The notes beneath the pieces were generated by a model. That model saw only the letters and a program-made list of their open reading frames with translations. It made no database searches and was not told where the DNA came from. From Octopus bimaculoides (Eukaryota): DNA of 64,000 nt. Below, one piece after another: positions 24,870 to 38,460 of this stretch. Location of the stretch: NCBI RefSeq assembly GCF_001194135.2, contig NC_068990.1:92186739-92250738 (forward strand), in the 5' to 3' direction. How positions within the stretch are numbered: the stretch's first letter is position 1; every line of letters begins with the position of its first letter. The translations under genes were made by a program, and so were the position numbers.

Positions 24870-24895
24870 CAGACAGATAGATAGATAGACATATA
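24535..24895. repeat. Complex (GATA)n/(GACA)n microsatellite
   Basis: Directly visible. Confidence 0.95.
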
Positions 24896-25358
24896 CATAT
24901 TATTTGTTCGTGGGTGGTGGGAAGATGAAATCACTGGCTGAGTCTTTAAGTGTTATCTTTCCTTAAGATATTGTGAATTGGTTAGCACCAGAGGATCACT
25001 GACAGATGATAAATCGTTTATATTGACTTAAACTTTGATAAAATATATATGAAGTAATTTATATAGCAAATAAAGATAACTGATAAGGAACTGTGGTTCT
25101 GATGAGACATCTAACCCTGCCTTCTACGTACTGATGCACATTTTTAAAATTATGAAATGGGAGTGAGTGGGGGTGGCCATGGACTTATAGAACTCCTGCT
25201 GATTCCCATGCAAATATCTACCACACAACTCCCACCCCTTCTCTCTTTCTGTCTCCCTTTCTCACTCATACTTTTTCTCTTTCTCTGTTTGATTCTTATT
25301 TTCTCTCTCTCTTATTTCATCCAGCTGTCCCTTAGCTCCCTCTTTCTCCTCTCTCTTC

Positions 25359-25391
<33 letters not shown>

Positions 25392-25526
25392 ATCTTTCTC
25401 TAGTTTTCTGTCTACTTTTTTTATTTGTTTTGTAGTTGCTCACTCTCCTTGTCACTTTCTGTATATCGCCCTCTCTTTATCACACACACTCTCTCTAAAT
25501 TTCTCCTTCTCCTCCTCCTCACACAC

Positions 25527-25568
<42 letters not shown>

Positions 25569-25916
25569 AGTGTTGTACCCTGGGTACTCTGAAAGCTTTA
25601 CATAAGACAGCACACTCTTTCCTCACTTAAGATAGTAGTTTATGATTTGAGGGAGAGTTGTCTACTATTTCTCAAGGTTTGAATGATGAGATGGTCAAGG
25701 CTTGAGTGCTTTGTATAATAGGTCCACTCAGTCAGAATGGACAACAACAATGACAATGTACAGTTGTGACGAAGAGGTGAGTCAGAAGGAAAGGGCTGTG
25801 ATGTTATTGGTCAAGGGACCTGACCAGATCAGGAAAGGTGAGTGAAGAAGCAAGGGAAGGAAGACTAGGGTTGTCCTCTTTTGCCTTAGGGCACTCGCAG
25901 CAAACAGCATGCAGCT

Positions 25917-25961
<45 letters not shown>

Positions 25962-25989
25962 TGCACACACACAGAGTTGTGTGCATACA

Positions 25990-26160
25990 TATACAGCAGG
26001 CTTCTTTCAGTTTCCATCTACCAAATCCACTCACAAGGTTTTGGTTGGCCCGAGACTATAGTAGAAGACGCTTGCCCAAGGTGCTATGCAATGGGAATGA
26101 ACCTGAAACCATGTGGCTGAGACGTAAATTTCTTAACCATACAAGTCACACCTGCACCAC
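25990..26160 (-). mobile_element. SINE family B, 5' half
   Basis: ggcttctttcagtttccatctaccaaatccactcacaagg...cttgcccaaggtgc. Confidence 0.85.
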
Positions 26161-26517
26161 CTATCTAATCAACATTTTGAGGTTGTAATAATTTCATCAG
26201 ATTAATTATGATAAAAACAATTTTCACACAACGAACAACCACTTCTTACAATTTATCTCGTTAGCCATTTCTGCCATCCTGCTACTTCATTACCAATGAT
26301 TATTTTTGTTTTGTTTTTTTCTGTTTAAGTCTACCAACTCATGCAAGAAAATACAGAATTCTCAAAAGCAAATTACATTAGTCTTCAAATGATATTATAA
26401 TAAATATATATGTTTTTTTTTTATTATTAATTTCTGAAAATAAAAACATAATTGCTGAATAAGGTGTAATGTTTCTGCCTCCCTCCTGAGCTCTCTCTGT
26501 CTCTCTCTCTCTCTCTG

Positions 26518-26603
<86 letters not shown>

Positions 26604-28094
26604 AGTTTTGATATTGTTGAGAAAATATTTCTTCAAAAGAAAGAAAGCAAATCAAACATTTCAAATTTCAAAATATAAAATATGACCAACTGGAAACTTC
26701 ATTATTCTATGCGTTATTAATGAACGAATAGCCAGAAAATGTGCTTTCTATTAGGTTATGCATGAATGAGCAGCCATGTTGTGTCATGTGACTGTGTACC
26801 ACCACCAACCGTTATGTTTCTCAACAAGTATGGCACTGGTGGTGGTGGTGGTGGCAGCGGTGGTGGTGATGATGATGGTAGTGGTAAAAGTGGTAATGGT
26901 AATGGTGGCAGAAGAACTGGTATAGGTTGATATCTAAGGGGGGGGGGGGGGGTGAGAAATACTTTTTATTTTAAAATCTGAAGGGGGAAAAACTTTAATT
27001 CTTCATTTCCGGCACTTTCCAAAAGAATAATATAATATTGAAGCAGGAAAATATAAATATGATAGAGTAGATGATACCTTATCTAGATTTCACTGGAAGA
27101 CCACCAGACATTCCGTTTTGAGGTGAGATAATATGTTGTCTTATCATTTGTGGAGGGTCAGGTGTTTACTGTAAAATTAAGCAGCATGTAAGCCTCAACC
27201 CCACACAAGAATGTTTGAGTGGCATTGATTTTGTATTTTGTAAGATTTATCCATGAAAAAAAAAAAAAAAGAGTGAATATAAGTTTTAGTAGCCATGATC
27301 TAAGACTGAAGAGGTTGTGAGACATGATCTGTGGTTCAATGTGTGCAGAGTGGGACCCAAGGACAGTGTGGACTTCAGTGAAGATACCAAAAGAGCAAGA
27401 TGTTGTTGTTGTTGTTGCTGCTCAGCTCTAGGTCAGCTCCAGATATCTAATATTATGTCATCCAATATATTTTTACATTTCTTTTTGAAGAAGTCAGGAT
27501 GTGAGAAAAGGGAAAGTTGGTTGCTGTTTGTTATGGATTGAGTCTTTTTTTATTGACTTGTTTTCTTGTGATGCTGAACTGGGCAGTTCCACTAGCTGGG
27601 TCTTCCCTTCTGGCATCGTGGAAACCAAGCAAATTAAGTACAGCTTTAACATGTCTAAATCAACATCATTCTTTTTACATTATTTTCCATATTGATGTGG
27701 GTTGGATGAGATGTTTTCATGCAAGCTGGATGCTTTTCTTGATACCAGCTTCTTCTGACATGCGTTGTACCTATCCTAAAAACTGCAAAACATGCAGCTC
27801 TGTAGGAAGGAAGGAGGCACTATTCTGTGTATGTTATGCATACGTGCATATATGCACACGTGCATATATGCACATGCGTTTCAAAAGCAACACATAAAAA
27901 AAATTAGTGTACACACAAGAAATGTGTTCACAAAAGATTAATTACTTGAAATAAAGGAGTAATTCAGGATTTTATTTATTAGATGTTCAGTATGTACATG
28001 TGTATCATAGGAAAAAAAACATCCGCACAGCATAAGATTTTGGAACGCATTGACTTCTGAACACTAAAGAGAACTTTGAACGAAGGTAGTGTTG

Positions 28095-28400
28095 GGGTTT
28101 GTGTAAACATTTGTGAGAAAAGTGTAAACATTAGGGGAAGGTAGTGTAAGCATTACAGGGAAGTAGGGTAAACATTGGAGTGAAGTAATGTAAACATTAA
28201 AGAGGGGTAGTGTAAATAATGTATGGAGGTAGAATAAACATTGGGGGAAGGTAATGTAAATGTTGAAGAGATGTAGGGAAAATATTGGAGGGGAAACAGT
28301 GTAAACACTGGAGGTAGACAGTGTAAACTTTGTGAAACAGAAAGTGTAAATATTGGAGGGAAACAGTGTAAACATTGGACACAGATAATGTAAACAACTT
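28095..28400 (+). repeat. 22-bp-period minisatellite (about 14 units) rich in GTAAACA
   Basis: Cores at 28103, 28124, 28168, 28190, 28212, 28234, 28301, 28346, 28368 and 28390, with variant cores in between. Confidence 0.9.
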
Positions 28401-28616
28401 CATGAATAAACTCTTGCAATTTGTCCCATGATGTTTATTAATGACAGAAATAATGATTCCATACTTATGTATAAAGTGAATAATTATGGCAAGGATGGTG
28501 CTTCTCAAATCGATTTACTGTCACCACTTTTGTTTTCCTAACACATTTTTAATGACTTCTTTCTGTGATTCAACACTTCTTTTCTCATCTTTAATATATA
28601 TATATATTATTAGGTC

Positions 28617-28848
28617 ATAGGGATAGATGAGTGGTTGGTGAGAGCTGTGCGAGCCATGTACAGGGACACTATCGGTAAGGTGAGGGTTGGCAATGAGTAC
28701 AGCAAAGAATTCAGGGTACAAATAGGGGGTTCAGCAAGGATCGGTCCTCGGCCCCCTCTTGTTCATCATAGTCTTCCAGGCAATAACAGGGGAATTTAAG
28801 ACAGGCTGCCCTTGGGAGCTCCTCTATGCTGTTGACCTTATTCTTATA
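28617..28848 (+). mobile_element. RTE LINE reverse-transcriptase fragment
   Basis: GIDEWLVRAVRAMYRD...QGSVLGPLLFIIVFQAITGEFKTGCPWELLYAVDLILI: QG motif plus a degenerate YADD, with one frameshift. Confidence 0.9.
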
Positions 28849-28895
28849 GGTGGTGGTGGTGGCGGCGGCGGCGGCGGCAGTGGTGGTGGTGATGG

Positions 28896-28930
<35 letters not shown>

Positions 28931-29689
28931 CTAATGCTGATGATGATGATTAAGACAAAGTCAATGGCCAAGTGGTGAATTTGAAGTGAAAATTTAAAGG
29001 TGCATAACTCGATACTGATTAAGATTTAGTTGAGCCTTTCACCATTTTCACTTCTCTACGATCTTCCTCTTGAACAAAATAATGAGTTGTATCATTGGCT
29101 TCACCAGTGAATTGAGGAAAAGAGAAAGAAAGTTCTCAGGCTCTGTTTCAGCCTATCAAATTCTTCATTCAATTACCAACAAGGAATTCAACAGAGAATT
29201 TGGAGGGTTGAAACTAAAGATTTGTTACAACTCCTTAAACAGAGTTTTAGGAGAGGCAACATACCAATTTTTGTGGGTGGAGTTCTGGCAGAGGGAATAT
29301 TGTTGAATGACTGAACTCTGGTATATTATTATCATTACATATTTTACCAACCCCTGAGAGATATAATACAGTCACGCCTAAGTCAAAAGACCAAAGGACC
29401 AAAATAAATAGAGAATGGCATTTGATTCTGTGCTGAGTGACATGAACCATTTTTAAAAATAGAAATATTTTAAAGTTCAGTTATATTATTTCAAATTATA
29501 TTGTGCTCTTCTGAATTTTCTGGGAACTCCCTTAATTATGTAAACCTTCTTCAATAATTGGAAATCAAGTTTGTTCCAGAGGATTTTGCTTTTACTATTT
29601 TCACAGATATAATGGCTTGTAACATTCGATCCATCGAAACCTAAACTTCTTTCGATTAATCGCTTCAGACATCCTTTCATGCCATCAGT

Positions 29690-30165
29690 TTCGATGGATG
29701 GTATCAACTTCCCTGAGTCAATCTCTTTGTCTTCCAGGAGTGACTTTCTGTTATGACTTTTCTTGGAGGACTTACACTGGATCTACTGCCAAATCAGTTG
29801 CAATGAAGGCAGGCTCACTCCTGAGGCTATTCTTTCTCTTCATAAGTCCACCATTCGCCCCTGCATTGTGTACTGTTGTCATGTATGGGCAGGTACTTCT
29901 GTGCATTCTATCCGATTCCTCTTATGCCCAGTCTTTCTCTCACCACATTTGTAGTCCATCAATCATGCAGACTGACACTGCACATCCAGCAGAGCAGGTC
30001 TGCTTCATTTCCTTCTAATCTTCAAAGGTCCTTCAGATTCAGGACCCACCCACGCAACATTACTGCAATGCATTGCAGTTTGTGCACAAGCCTCATACAG
30101 ACTACCTTTCACCCTGAAAGAGAAACCTTTTATTACCAATAGCAGTAATAGATCCCTAAATTTTC
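29690..30165 (+). mobile_element. Decayed CR1/jockey-group LINE 3' fragment
   Basis: GVTFCYDFSWRTYTGSTAKSVAMKAG followed by ILSLHKSTIRPCIVYCCHVWAG. Confidence 0.7.
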
Positions 30166-30166
30166 C

Positions 30167-30440
30167 TCATTCTGCTTTTACACTTGCTATTAGAATTTCA
30201 GAATGTCCTCCTCCACAACAAATTAGGTCACCTAGATAACAGAAGCTACCAACTGTCTCTAGGGATCCTCCTGGGTATTTGAGGGTATCTATTTCTACTG
30301 TACTCTTAAAGTTCGTTGCTCCAGTGCATCTGTCACCCACAGAGTTTGCTTTCTCTGTTAACCTACCTATGACTGCACTGCACCTCCTGGGTGTCCAGAG
30401 TTTGCATTGAGTGCACTGTATCAAATGTCTACCCACTCCT
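30167..30440 (-). mobile_element. RTE LINE fragment with a Cys-rich finger next to the FCYLG motif
   Basis: ICRKGVGRHLIQCTQCKLWTPRRCS...DRCTG...LETVGSFCYLGDLI. Confidence 0.8.
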
Positions 30441-31453
30441 TTTCTACATATCAAGTAAAGTCATTTCTCTGATGGTAACAGACTTCTGTCTGTTTTGTGT
30501 ATGTGTGTGTGTGTGTGCATGCATATGTGTGTGTATACATACATACACATATATATACAAACATACATATATACATCTTACATACATGCATATATACATC
30601 TTAAATACATGCATATATACACACACACACAGTCTTATTCATATTGCAGGATTTTATGAATAAAAGCAAAAATCAAAATAAAAAGAGAAACAAAATCCAT
30701 AATACATTTTGGCTGAGTCTTTCAGAAACTTTGTGGTTTCTCTATGATTCTCAAAGCAGAAAACTTGTTCAGATTCCTGAGCATTTTCCCAAACACCTGT
30801 TAATTGGCATATCATGGAGGAACCGATAAGAATAGGAGCCACAAGGGCTGGATATTATCATCATCATCACTACCACCATCATCACCATTAATAAAGCATA
30901 TCATCTTCATTGCTGCTGCTGCTGCTGTTGTTGTTGTTGTTGTTGTTATCAAATGAATATAAAAGATGTAAGCGCAGTTGGAGTCTGCTTAAGTAATAAA
31001 CATCTCTCCTCCTCCTCCTCTCTCACATAAAACTTTAATGCTGTAGTAATGATAACAGCAGACTTTCTTGCAATGATTGAATTTCCCAAATTCCTATTGT
31101 TGTTGTAAATATTATTGATGTTTTTTTTTAGCAGTTGCTATTGTTGTTGTTTCTGTTATTCTTTTCGTTTTTGCAGTTGCTGTAGCTGTTATATTTAAAT
31201 AAACAAAGCTCACACACACACAACGTTCCTGCTTTCTACAGTAAATGCCTTATGGCATTCAATGTTGTTAAAGCAGAGAGATAAAGCTAGAGCTAAGTGT
31301 GTGTTTCCATTAGCAAAGCTCATTAATGTGATTATATTAGAGGGAGATAGGCTCAGCTAAACCCTCTAATTACTGCTACTACTACTACAAGCACCACCAC
31401 CATCTTCCTCCTTCTCATCATCATCATCGTAGTGGTGGTGGTGGTGGTTGTTA

Positions 31454-31506
<53 letters not shown>

Positions 31507-32079
31507 TATTATTCATGTCTTCAGTGATGGATGAGGCATTTCAGTTCCTGGAAAACAATCTTACAAATATTCAAAGCTAACAAACACCAAGTGAGAATGT
31601 CTATAATAATATCTACATATTCTACAATTGTTATTTTCTGGAATATATCAGTGTACATCATCATACTGAACCAATTTTCTGCAGAGTATTTTCAGTTAAG
31701 GGTAAGTTACGGCACTTGCAACCTTTACAGTTAACTTCTTTCTTCATCGTTGAAAAAAGAAACCTCAACCTGAAACAATGAATCAAATAAATATAATACC
31801 AAAGGAACTATGATACACAAAACTTTTCATTAAAAAAATCAAAGCATAATATAAAGAATACAGCAGAAAGCCGAGTTCCTCTAAAAGTGAAGTTTCTCAA
31901 CCAGACATCAACTAACCACAGCATTAAAACCTGGGAAATAACTCAACACGACTCAGATTAGAACATGATGCTCTTAACTTGATGAAGAGCATAAAATTCT
32001 CAAAAGCAATCTGAGAAGTCCAGTAAAGGCTGCAGAATGATATAAAAACAATAAACTCTTTGTACACATTTGTATTCAG

Positions 32080-32370
32080 GTACAAAATAAACTTAGGAAC
32101 TTACATCATTGAAAGATCGTAGCACTGGTACCATGGGTATGTTATTAGAATGTTGCTGCAAGATGAATTCTTCAAGGCAAACCAACAGGCAAGAGACCTA
32201 GGAGGTAGACCAAAAATGAGATGATTGAATAATATCCAGAGTCTCAGTTGTTCATTTTTGCAAATCGATTAAGAAAGTGTAATGACGGTTGCTTCTGACA
32301 GGACCCTATGAAGGGAGATCCAGAGGACTTTACCGCCATCACTTTTCAAGGAATAGTGGTTGGGAAAGAT
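32080..32370 (+). mobile_element. Decayed RTE C-terminal fragment
   Basis: GKPTGKRP(R)GRPKMR*LNNIQSLS-like reading across an indel. Confidence 0.55.
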
Positions 32371-32637
32371 GGATGGCTTCATGGATAAATGATCACACAA
32401 CAGATACGGTTAGGAAGGAGTTTATCAACATATTCAAAAAGTTATATCCAACATAAAACGGCAGTGCCCCAGCATGATCACTGCTCATGAGCTGAAACTA
32501 GTTCAATTCAATTCAGTTCATATTTAACAATCACGGTAGATATGAATTTAAATTTTGTTAATTTCATTTGATGTGTTACTCTAAAGTTAGATATTGCTAA
32601 ATACTGCCCAATGACATATTGCAGAAAATTCCTATTA

Positions 32638-32757
32638 ATACCAACCTTATCCTGCTATGACCCATAAATACCAACCCTACGCTACCTTAAGCCATTGATA
32701 CCAACTCTATCCTGCCTTAAGCCACTGATACCAACCCTATTCTGCGTTGAGCTATTA
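32638..32757 (+). repeat. 30-bp minisatellite, 4 units
   Basis: Units ataccaacc(c/t)tatcctgccttaagcca(t/c)tg. Confidence 0.85.
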
Positions 32758-33158
32758 ATTGAAATATCTCTGCCCTGAGTGCATATCTGACTTGCGTCTC
32801 TCCATCGGATTCTCTACAGCTAGTTACACTATGGTCAATGTCTGGCTGAAGGATGAAAGAAGTGTTTCAATGACCTGTGGACACCTTTAACAGTAGAAAC
32901 CATTGCCTACTTGCTGCTTGTATTGTTGGTCTTAATGGAAGGGGATTGGAAATACGAAGAAGAAATGCATTCCTTATTACCAGGAGAAGTGTAAGAAGAG
33001 GCATGCAGTGTTATATGTGGCACTCTCAAGCAAATATTTACATTCTTGTCTGTGACCAGGGCTGTTCATCAAGGATTTGGATGATTTCGGTGTAAAGTCA
33101 CCGAAGAATCACAAATGGAGATGGTTAACATCAAATTCGATGAACAGCATTGAGTAAA

Positions 33159-33201
<43 letters not shown>

Positions 33202-34519
33202 TGTGTGCATGTGTGCATGCATTTGTGTGATGCATCTGTACAAGCAATGCATCTGCATTTGCAGTGCATGTATGCATGTGGCTGCATGTATGTGTCTGTG
33301 TATGATTGTGTTCACATGTGCATGCATGTGTTTGTGTGTGCGTATTTGTGTGCATGTGTGTGTGAATGTGTGTGCAAGGATTAATTTCTGATTCTGACAA
33401 CGGTCTTTAACATTAATATATCAATGTTCAATCTGTTTTGCTTACGTCAAAACTATTACAATACAATTTGATATCGCTAAACTAGAGGAAGCATTACAGA
33501 AATTTGGTATCTTGTTGCTTTAATAAAACAGAGAATCGGATCTGGGAACAACCTTTCACTTCTCATTAGCTTCCTGTAAAGATGGTTTTCTTTTCTGGTT
33601 TTATTTCTTAAGCGTATGTATGTATGGATATATAAATATAAAAATGGAACAAAAACGCAACAGAGGACAATAAAAACATTCAGACAGATAGATGATATAA
33701 AGGCGGACAAGAGAAACAACAATAAGAAAGACAGGTGAAAAAAGACGGGTCATTTGTGGCCTTCTTTCCTCAGTCAAGTGCCAGACGTCATGACCATTTC
33801 GGGCAGTTACACTTGAGATGGTTCAATCTGGTTGCCCCCAAAAAAGTCTGAGCTAAGAGCATTAGACTCCTTTGTAAGAAAGCTAGCGAATGTGTACAGC
33901 AACAAAGACAAAAATACAAAAAACAACAGAGAACATGGTACGCAATTACGAATACAAACAACAGGTGTCTTTTGACTGAGAACGAATCAAATGGAGTTGG
34001 TGTGTATGAAGTGAAAGCCTAAAGACAAGAACATGAGAGATGGACATAAGAAGTGTTGGCGGTCGGCGGTCAGCGGTCAGGTCAAGAAAGGAAGATCATG
34101 GCTGACCGGACACCGGTCACATGGAAGGAGAGATGGGTAGGAAGCAGTGGGACTGAAAGATTACGTATGTATGTATGTATGTATGTATGTATGTGCATGT
34201 ATTTATGTATATGTATGTTATGTATATATGCATGTGTCTATGTGTGTATGTATGTATATATGTATGTATCTATGTATGTATCTATGTATGTACGTGTGTG
34301 TGTGTGTGTCTGTATGTATGTATGTATGTATGTACATATACATGTGTGTGTGTCTGTGTATGTATGTATATATACATGTGTGTGTGTCTGTGTATGTATG
34401 TATGAATGACTCAATCAATATACATATTCATATATATATATATATATATGGATGCATATATGTATTTTAATTTAAATATTAAATTGCAATGAATCTTGAT
34501 ATCAAAAGCACACAACGGT

Positions 34520-34735
34520 GTGGCGAGCTGGCAGAATCATTAAGGTGCCATGCAAAATGCTTAGCGGCACTTCATTTGTCTTCACGTTCTGAGTTCAAAT
34601 TCCACCGAGGTTGACTTTGCCTATCATCCTTTCAGTATCAATAAAACGAGTACCATTTGAACCCTGGGATCAATCTAATCAACTTGGCCCTTTCTCTGAA
34701 ATTGCTGGTCTTTTGCTAAAATTTGAAACCAGTAT
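34520..34735 (+). mobile_element. SINE family A
   Basis: ggcgagctggcagaatc...gttctgagttcaaattccaccgagg. Confidence 0.85.
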
Positions 34736-35609
34736 CAGACACACCCATACATACAATACTAAAGCGGATTTAAATATTAAATTGTAATGAATTTAACAAG
34801 AAAAAGACATATGCGCTTATACCATATAAATGCACACACACACACACACAATGCATGCACAACAAACTTGATTTAAATATTAAATTTCAAATTAAATTTT
34901 GATTTGTAAAGATGAGAGGAAAGAAATAAAACACAGATTTGAAAAATTGGAGAAATATTGATAGAAGAAGAAAAAATATTTCCTCTGGCAGAGAAAGTGA
35001 GGAGCAAAAATATGAAATATAAACAAATTTTTTTTTAAATGGTATAAATCTTAGGAAACTATTTCTTTTCCCTCTAAAAAGCAATAAAAAAAAAAATCAG
35101 ATATGAAAAAAGAGAAAGGAAAAGAGTGAAATCAAAATATAATTAATGGATCAAATGTTGAAATTGGATGCAAAATGTGTCAAAAATATTTAAATTATTT
35201 GTTTCATGTTTTGTGTTAAATCTGTAAATATGAAATGAGAGAGAGAGACAGAAAGAAAGAATAAAACAGAAAGGGAGAAAGAGAAGAAAGAGAAAGCAAA
35301 AGAGAGGGGAAGAGAGCAGGGGGAGAGAAACAATTTGTTCATTATATGGTTCATAGAAATCCGTAAATTAATAAGTATTTTGTAAATTCTATCTCTGCAT
35401 GTTTAGGTATATTTTCCTTTATATAAAAAGAAAAATCTGTTCAATATGTTGGCAGAATATAAAAGCATATTCTGTTATAGAATTGAAAATAAAAACTAAA
35501 ATACATATTAAGATAGATACAAGTCTTGATATTTACCTCAGACCCAGAATACTAAGTTTATTTCCAACACTGTAGTCCTCAAACAGACAGAAATTACACA
35601 AATCAAGTC

Positions 35610-35790
35610 TCATGTTTCAACAGGGACCCTGGAGAAACTAAGAACAGATGACTGACTTGTAAGGGTCAAACAAGCTGTTACAGGGGTGTAGTTAGCAAGG
35701 TAAGAATGCAAAGTGAGTTGAGTAATGAATTTAGAGGACAAGTATAGGATCAGTCAGTCTCCAGTCGACAGTCTTCAATCCTCTCTTGTT
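35610..35790 (+). mobile_element. Decayed RTE RT fragment related to 28617-28848
   Basis: Nucleotide-level resemblance (gatgactgacttgtaagg...gcaaggtaagaat...gaatttag...tcctctcttgtt). Confidence 0.55.
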
Positions 35791-35831
35791 TCTTCTTAGG
35801 TCAGAGAAGTGTAAGACCAGTGAGAACTCTT

Positions 35832-35864
<33 letters not shown>

Positions 35865-36249
35865 GATAGCTACACTGTCTGCAATCAAGATTTTTTCCCC
35901 AAGGGAAAGTTTCTTTTGCTATACATGGACAATATTTCAGATTGCTTTTTTAAAAAGGTCATGAAGGAGAAAATTACTGGTGTTCAAGTAGAGGTGAATA
36001 CCATTGTCTCCATTTGTAGTCTAGGCTCAACCTTTTAGTGGTTAACACCATAAAAATGGAAAACTGCAGAAGTCTTCACCATATTGCAAGCACTCTACCA
36101 GATCATAATTCGGTCAATTGAATATCAATCAATATTTCATGCAGTTACAGAAAGAAAAGAATGGGCAGCGAATGGAGCTGAAAGGTTTTTCAAGATAGCC
36201 TTCCTCGAAATTTGAATCTGAGAAATAATATTAACTTTTGGTAGAATTG

Positions 36250-36470
36250 GTTTTGAAATGTAGGTCCAAGGCCAACAATTTTAGGGTAAGAGGGCAGATC
36301 ATTTATATTGACCCTACTACTCAGTTGATATCTACTTTATCAATCTTGAAAGGATGAAAGACAAGGTTGGCTTCAGTGGCATTTGAACTCAGAACATAAA
36401 GAATCCCACAAAAATGCCACTAAGCATTTTGTCCAGTGTAGTAATGACTCTGCAAGCTTGTTGCCTTATA
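36250..36470 (-). mobile_element. SINE family A
   Basis: gaaaggatgaaagacaagg...atttgaactcagaac. Confidence 0.75.
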
Positions 36471-37088
36471 TGTTTGATAATATTGACCAAAGATTATCAC
36501 CACTGGTGAATAACGATACTATGTTTGGTAATATCCAGCCAGGGATCTGTGATGTCAATTTTCGAAAGGCAGTGATAGTAAAAAAGAAAAGTTTAATTTT
36601 CATACCTAAAGGTTTTAGTGAACATTCTTGAACTTCCGGGAATTCAACTCTTTTGGATACATTTTCTTGTTGCGTCTGGAGACCATGTGTCTTTCAACAC
36701 AAGTTGAATATATTTTTCATCCCTAAACCTTCTCTCAAAGATATTATTTCTGTTGTAACTGTCAATTATGTTCTAATTTATAAGAAAAGTTTCACTCTTG
36801 TCCTTTGATAATTGATTATTTTTTTACTCATATGCATAACATGCATTTAACAAATTGTACATTATATATATTTAAAATGTCTAGCATTATAAATAAACCT
36901 TACTGAAGATAAAATAATTCTTTCTTTAAGTAATATTTCAACATGTCAACATAACACAACCTACAGATCTAACTGTATGCATCATGTTTTAGTGTACATC
37001 GTACACTTCCATTTATTTTGGACAGTCTGTCGCTTTGGTTGAAAATGCAAAGTAAATGGAAAGACAAATTGAAAGTAAATCACTTTTG

Positions 37089-37538
37089 TCACTTTTGTCT
37101 GCAAAAGTTTGTTCTCCTCAACCTGCTCCGAATCAAGCCTCTGGCAAAGATGCTGCAATCTTTTTCACTGATACGAATGCAGCAAGTGAATTGATGTTCA
37201 GCTGCATCAACGATGTTGTTGCCAAATAAAACAAGCTGGTTGACAAAAGTATGTGGCATATGATCAAGCGACAAGCAGCTGAACTTATTAAAGGCAATCA
37301 ACTGGGCAGATTGCCACAATAACCAGCAGGTTCAGTAATCCATGAAATTGTTGAAAGTCAGCTGACAAATAGTGATTTTGATCTTTAGACTGTCATTCTT
37401 GTTTTAGAGCCAAAGCACTGGCACCGTTTTTCAATGGAAAGTTGTAATATCAAGAGGAGTCTTTATCATTTTAAACTTCAGTCAGAAAAGAAGGCAGTGC
37501 TCACAGAAGACAGATGTGAGTCTACCAACATAGCATGA
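37089..37538 (+). pseudogene. Unidentified decayed reading frame (150 codons, 3 internal stops), probably transposon-derived
   Basis: One frame stays in register with few stops and protein-like composition; family not recognised. Confidence 0.35.
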
Positions 37539-38153
37539 AACCAACTCTGTACAATAATAACAATAGTGATTCTTACCAATGTCATTTATGTGTAACTGAG
37601 AAATATTACATCACAAACCACCACACACCAACGATGGACTGAAAGTCGACAACTGCGACACAAAAGTGCGTATGGTCTGTCAGCATGTACAGTACTTTCA
37701 CTAATTGGTTTAAGTGCCATTGTAGTCACATGATGACACAGACCCTTCTCAGTTCTCTCACCCTTCACCGAACATAGTATCCAGAATGTGAGAGTGGAGA
37801 GGAAAGCAAGTTGCAACTACAGGGACTGGTACATTTTAGCATCCATGAAAGGATGGAAGGCAAAGTGAAACTTGGTGGAATTTGATCAGAGCACAGGGAG
37901 CCAGAACAAAAAAATTGTAATGCATTCTCTCCAATGCTCTAAAGGCTCAACAAAACAACTGCCTTATACAGAAATACAGAGTTAATGTCAGCCTGGCAGA
38001 TGGAGTACAAAATATTTATGATCCCTTTTCAAGAAAATAGAGTACTAATATCACATGTCATATCTCCATCTATTCATTTGCTTCAACAAGTACAGCAATG
38101 GTATGTATGTATGTATGTATGTATGTATGTATGTATGCACATGTGTGTATGTA

Positions 38154-38189
<36 letters not shown>

Positions 38190-38400
38190 TGTGTGTGAGA
38201 GAGAGACAGACAGACATACAGACACATAGAGAACACAAAACTTTCTTTCTGTCAAAATCTCTTTCTCATATCTTGTTTGATATTTCATGAAAAACAATTT
38301 TCTAATCTTTCAGTCTTATCAACTCATCACTCATCACTCCCTCATTCAAACATCAAATTTCAGTTTTGCTTTATCTTAAAATTATAATTCTGCTTAAACT

Positions 38401-38460
<60 letters not shown>

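Noticed and set aside
27087-27122. 36-nt candidate exon ISLEDHQTFRFE with GAG|gtgaga
   Set aside because: Poor pyrimidine tract and no supporting context; such sites are expected by chance in 64 kb.
27250-27800. Protein-like minus-strand stretch (MLKLYLICLVSTMPEGKTQLVELP...)
   Set aside because: Many stops and no recognisable motif; probably an old TE fragment that I cannot classify.
28095-32757. CRISPR-like reading of the regular 22-bp and 30-bp repeats
   Set aside because: Eukaryotic DNA, contiguous degenerate units with no unique spacers, and no cas genes.
35941-35993. 53-nt candidate exon (D)CFFKKVMKEKITGVQVE
   Set aside because: Lies next to, and resembles, decayed RTE sequence.
36480-36700. 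Possible two-exon minus-strand fragment TQQENVSKRVEFPEVQECSLKPL / DPWLDITKHSIVIHQW
   Set aside because: No credible upstream acceptor or start, and it ends at once in stop codons.
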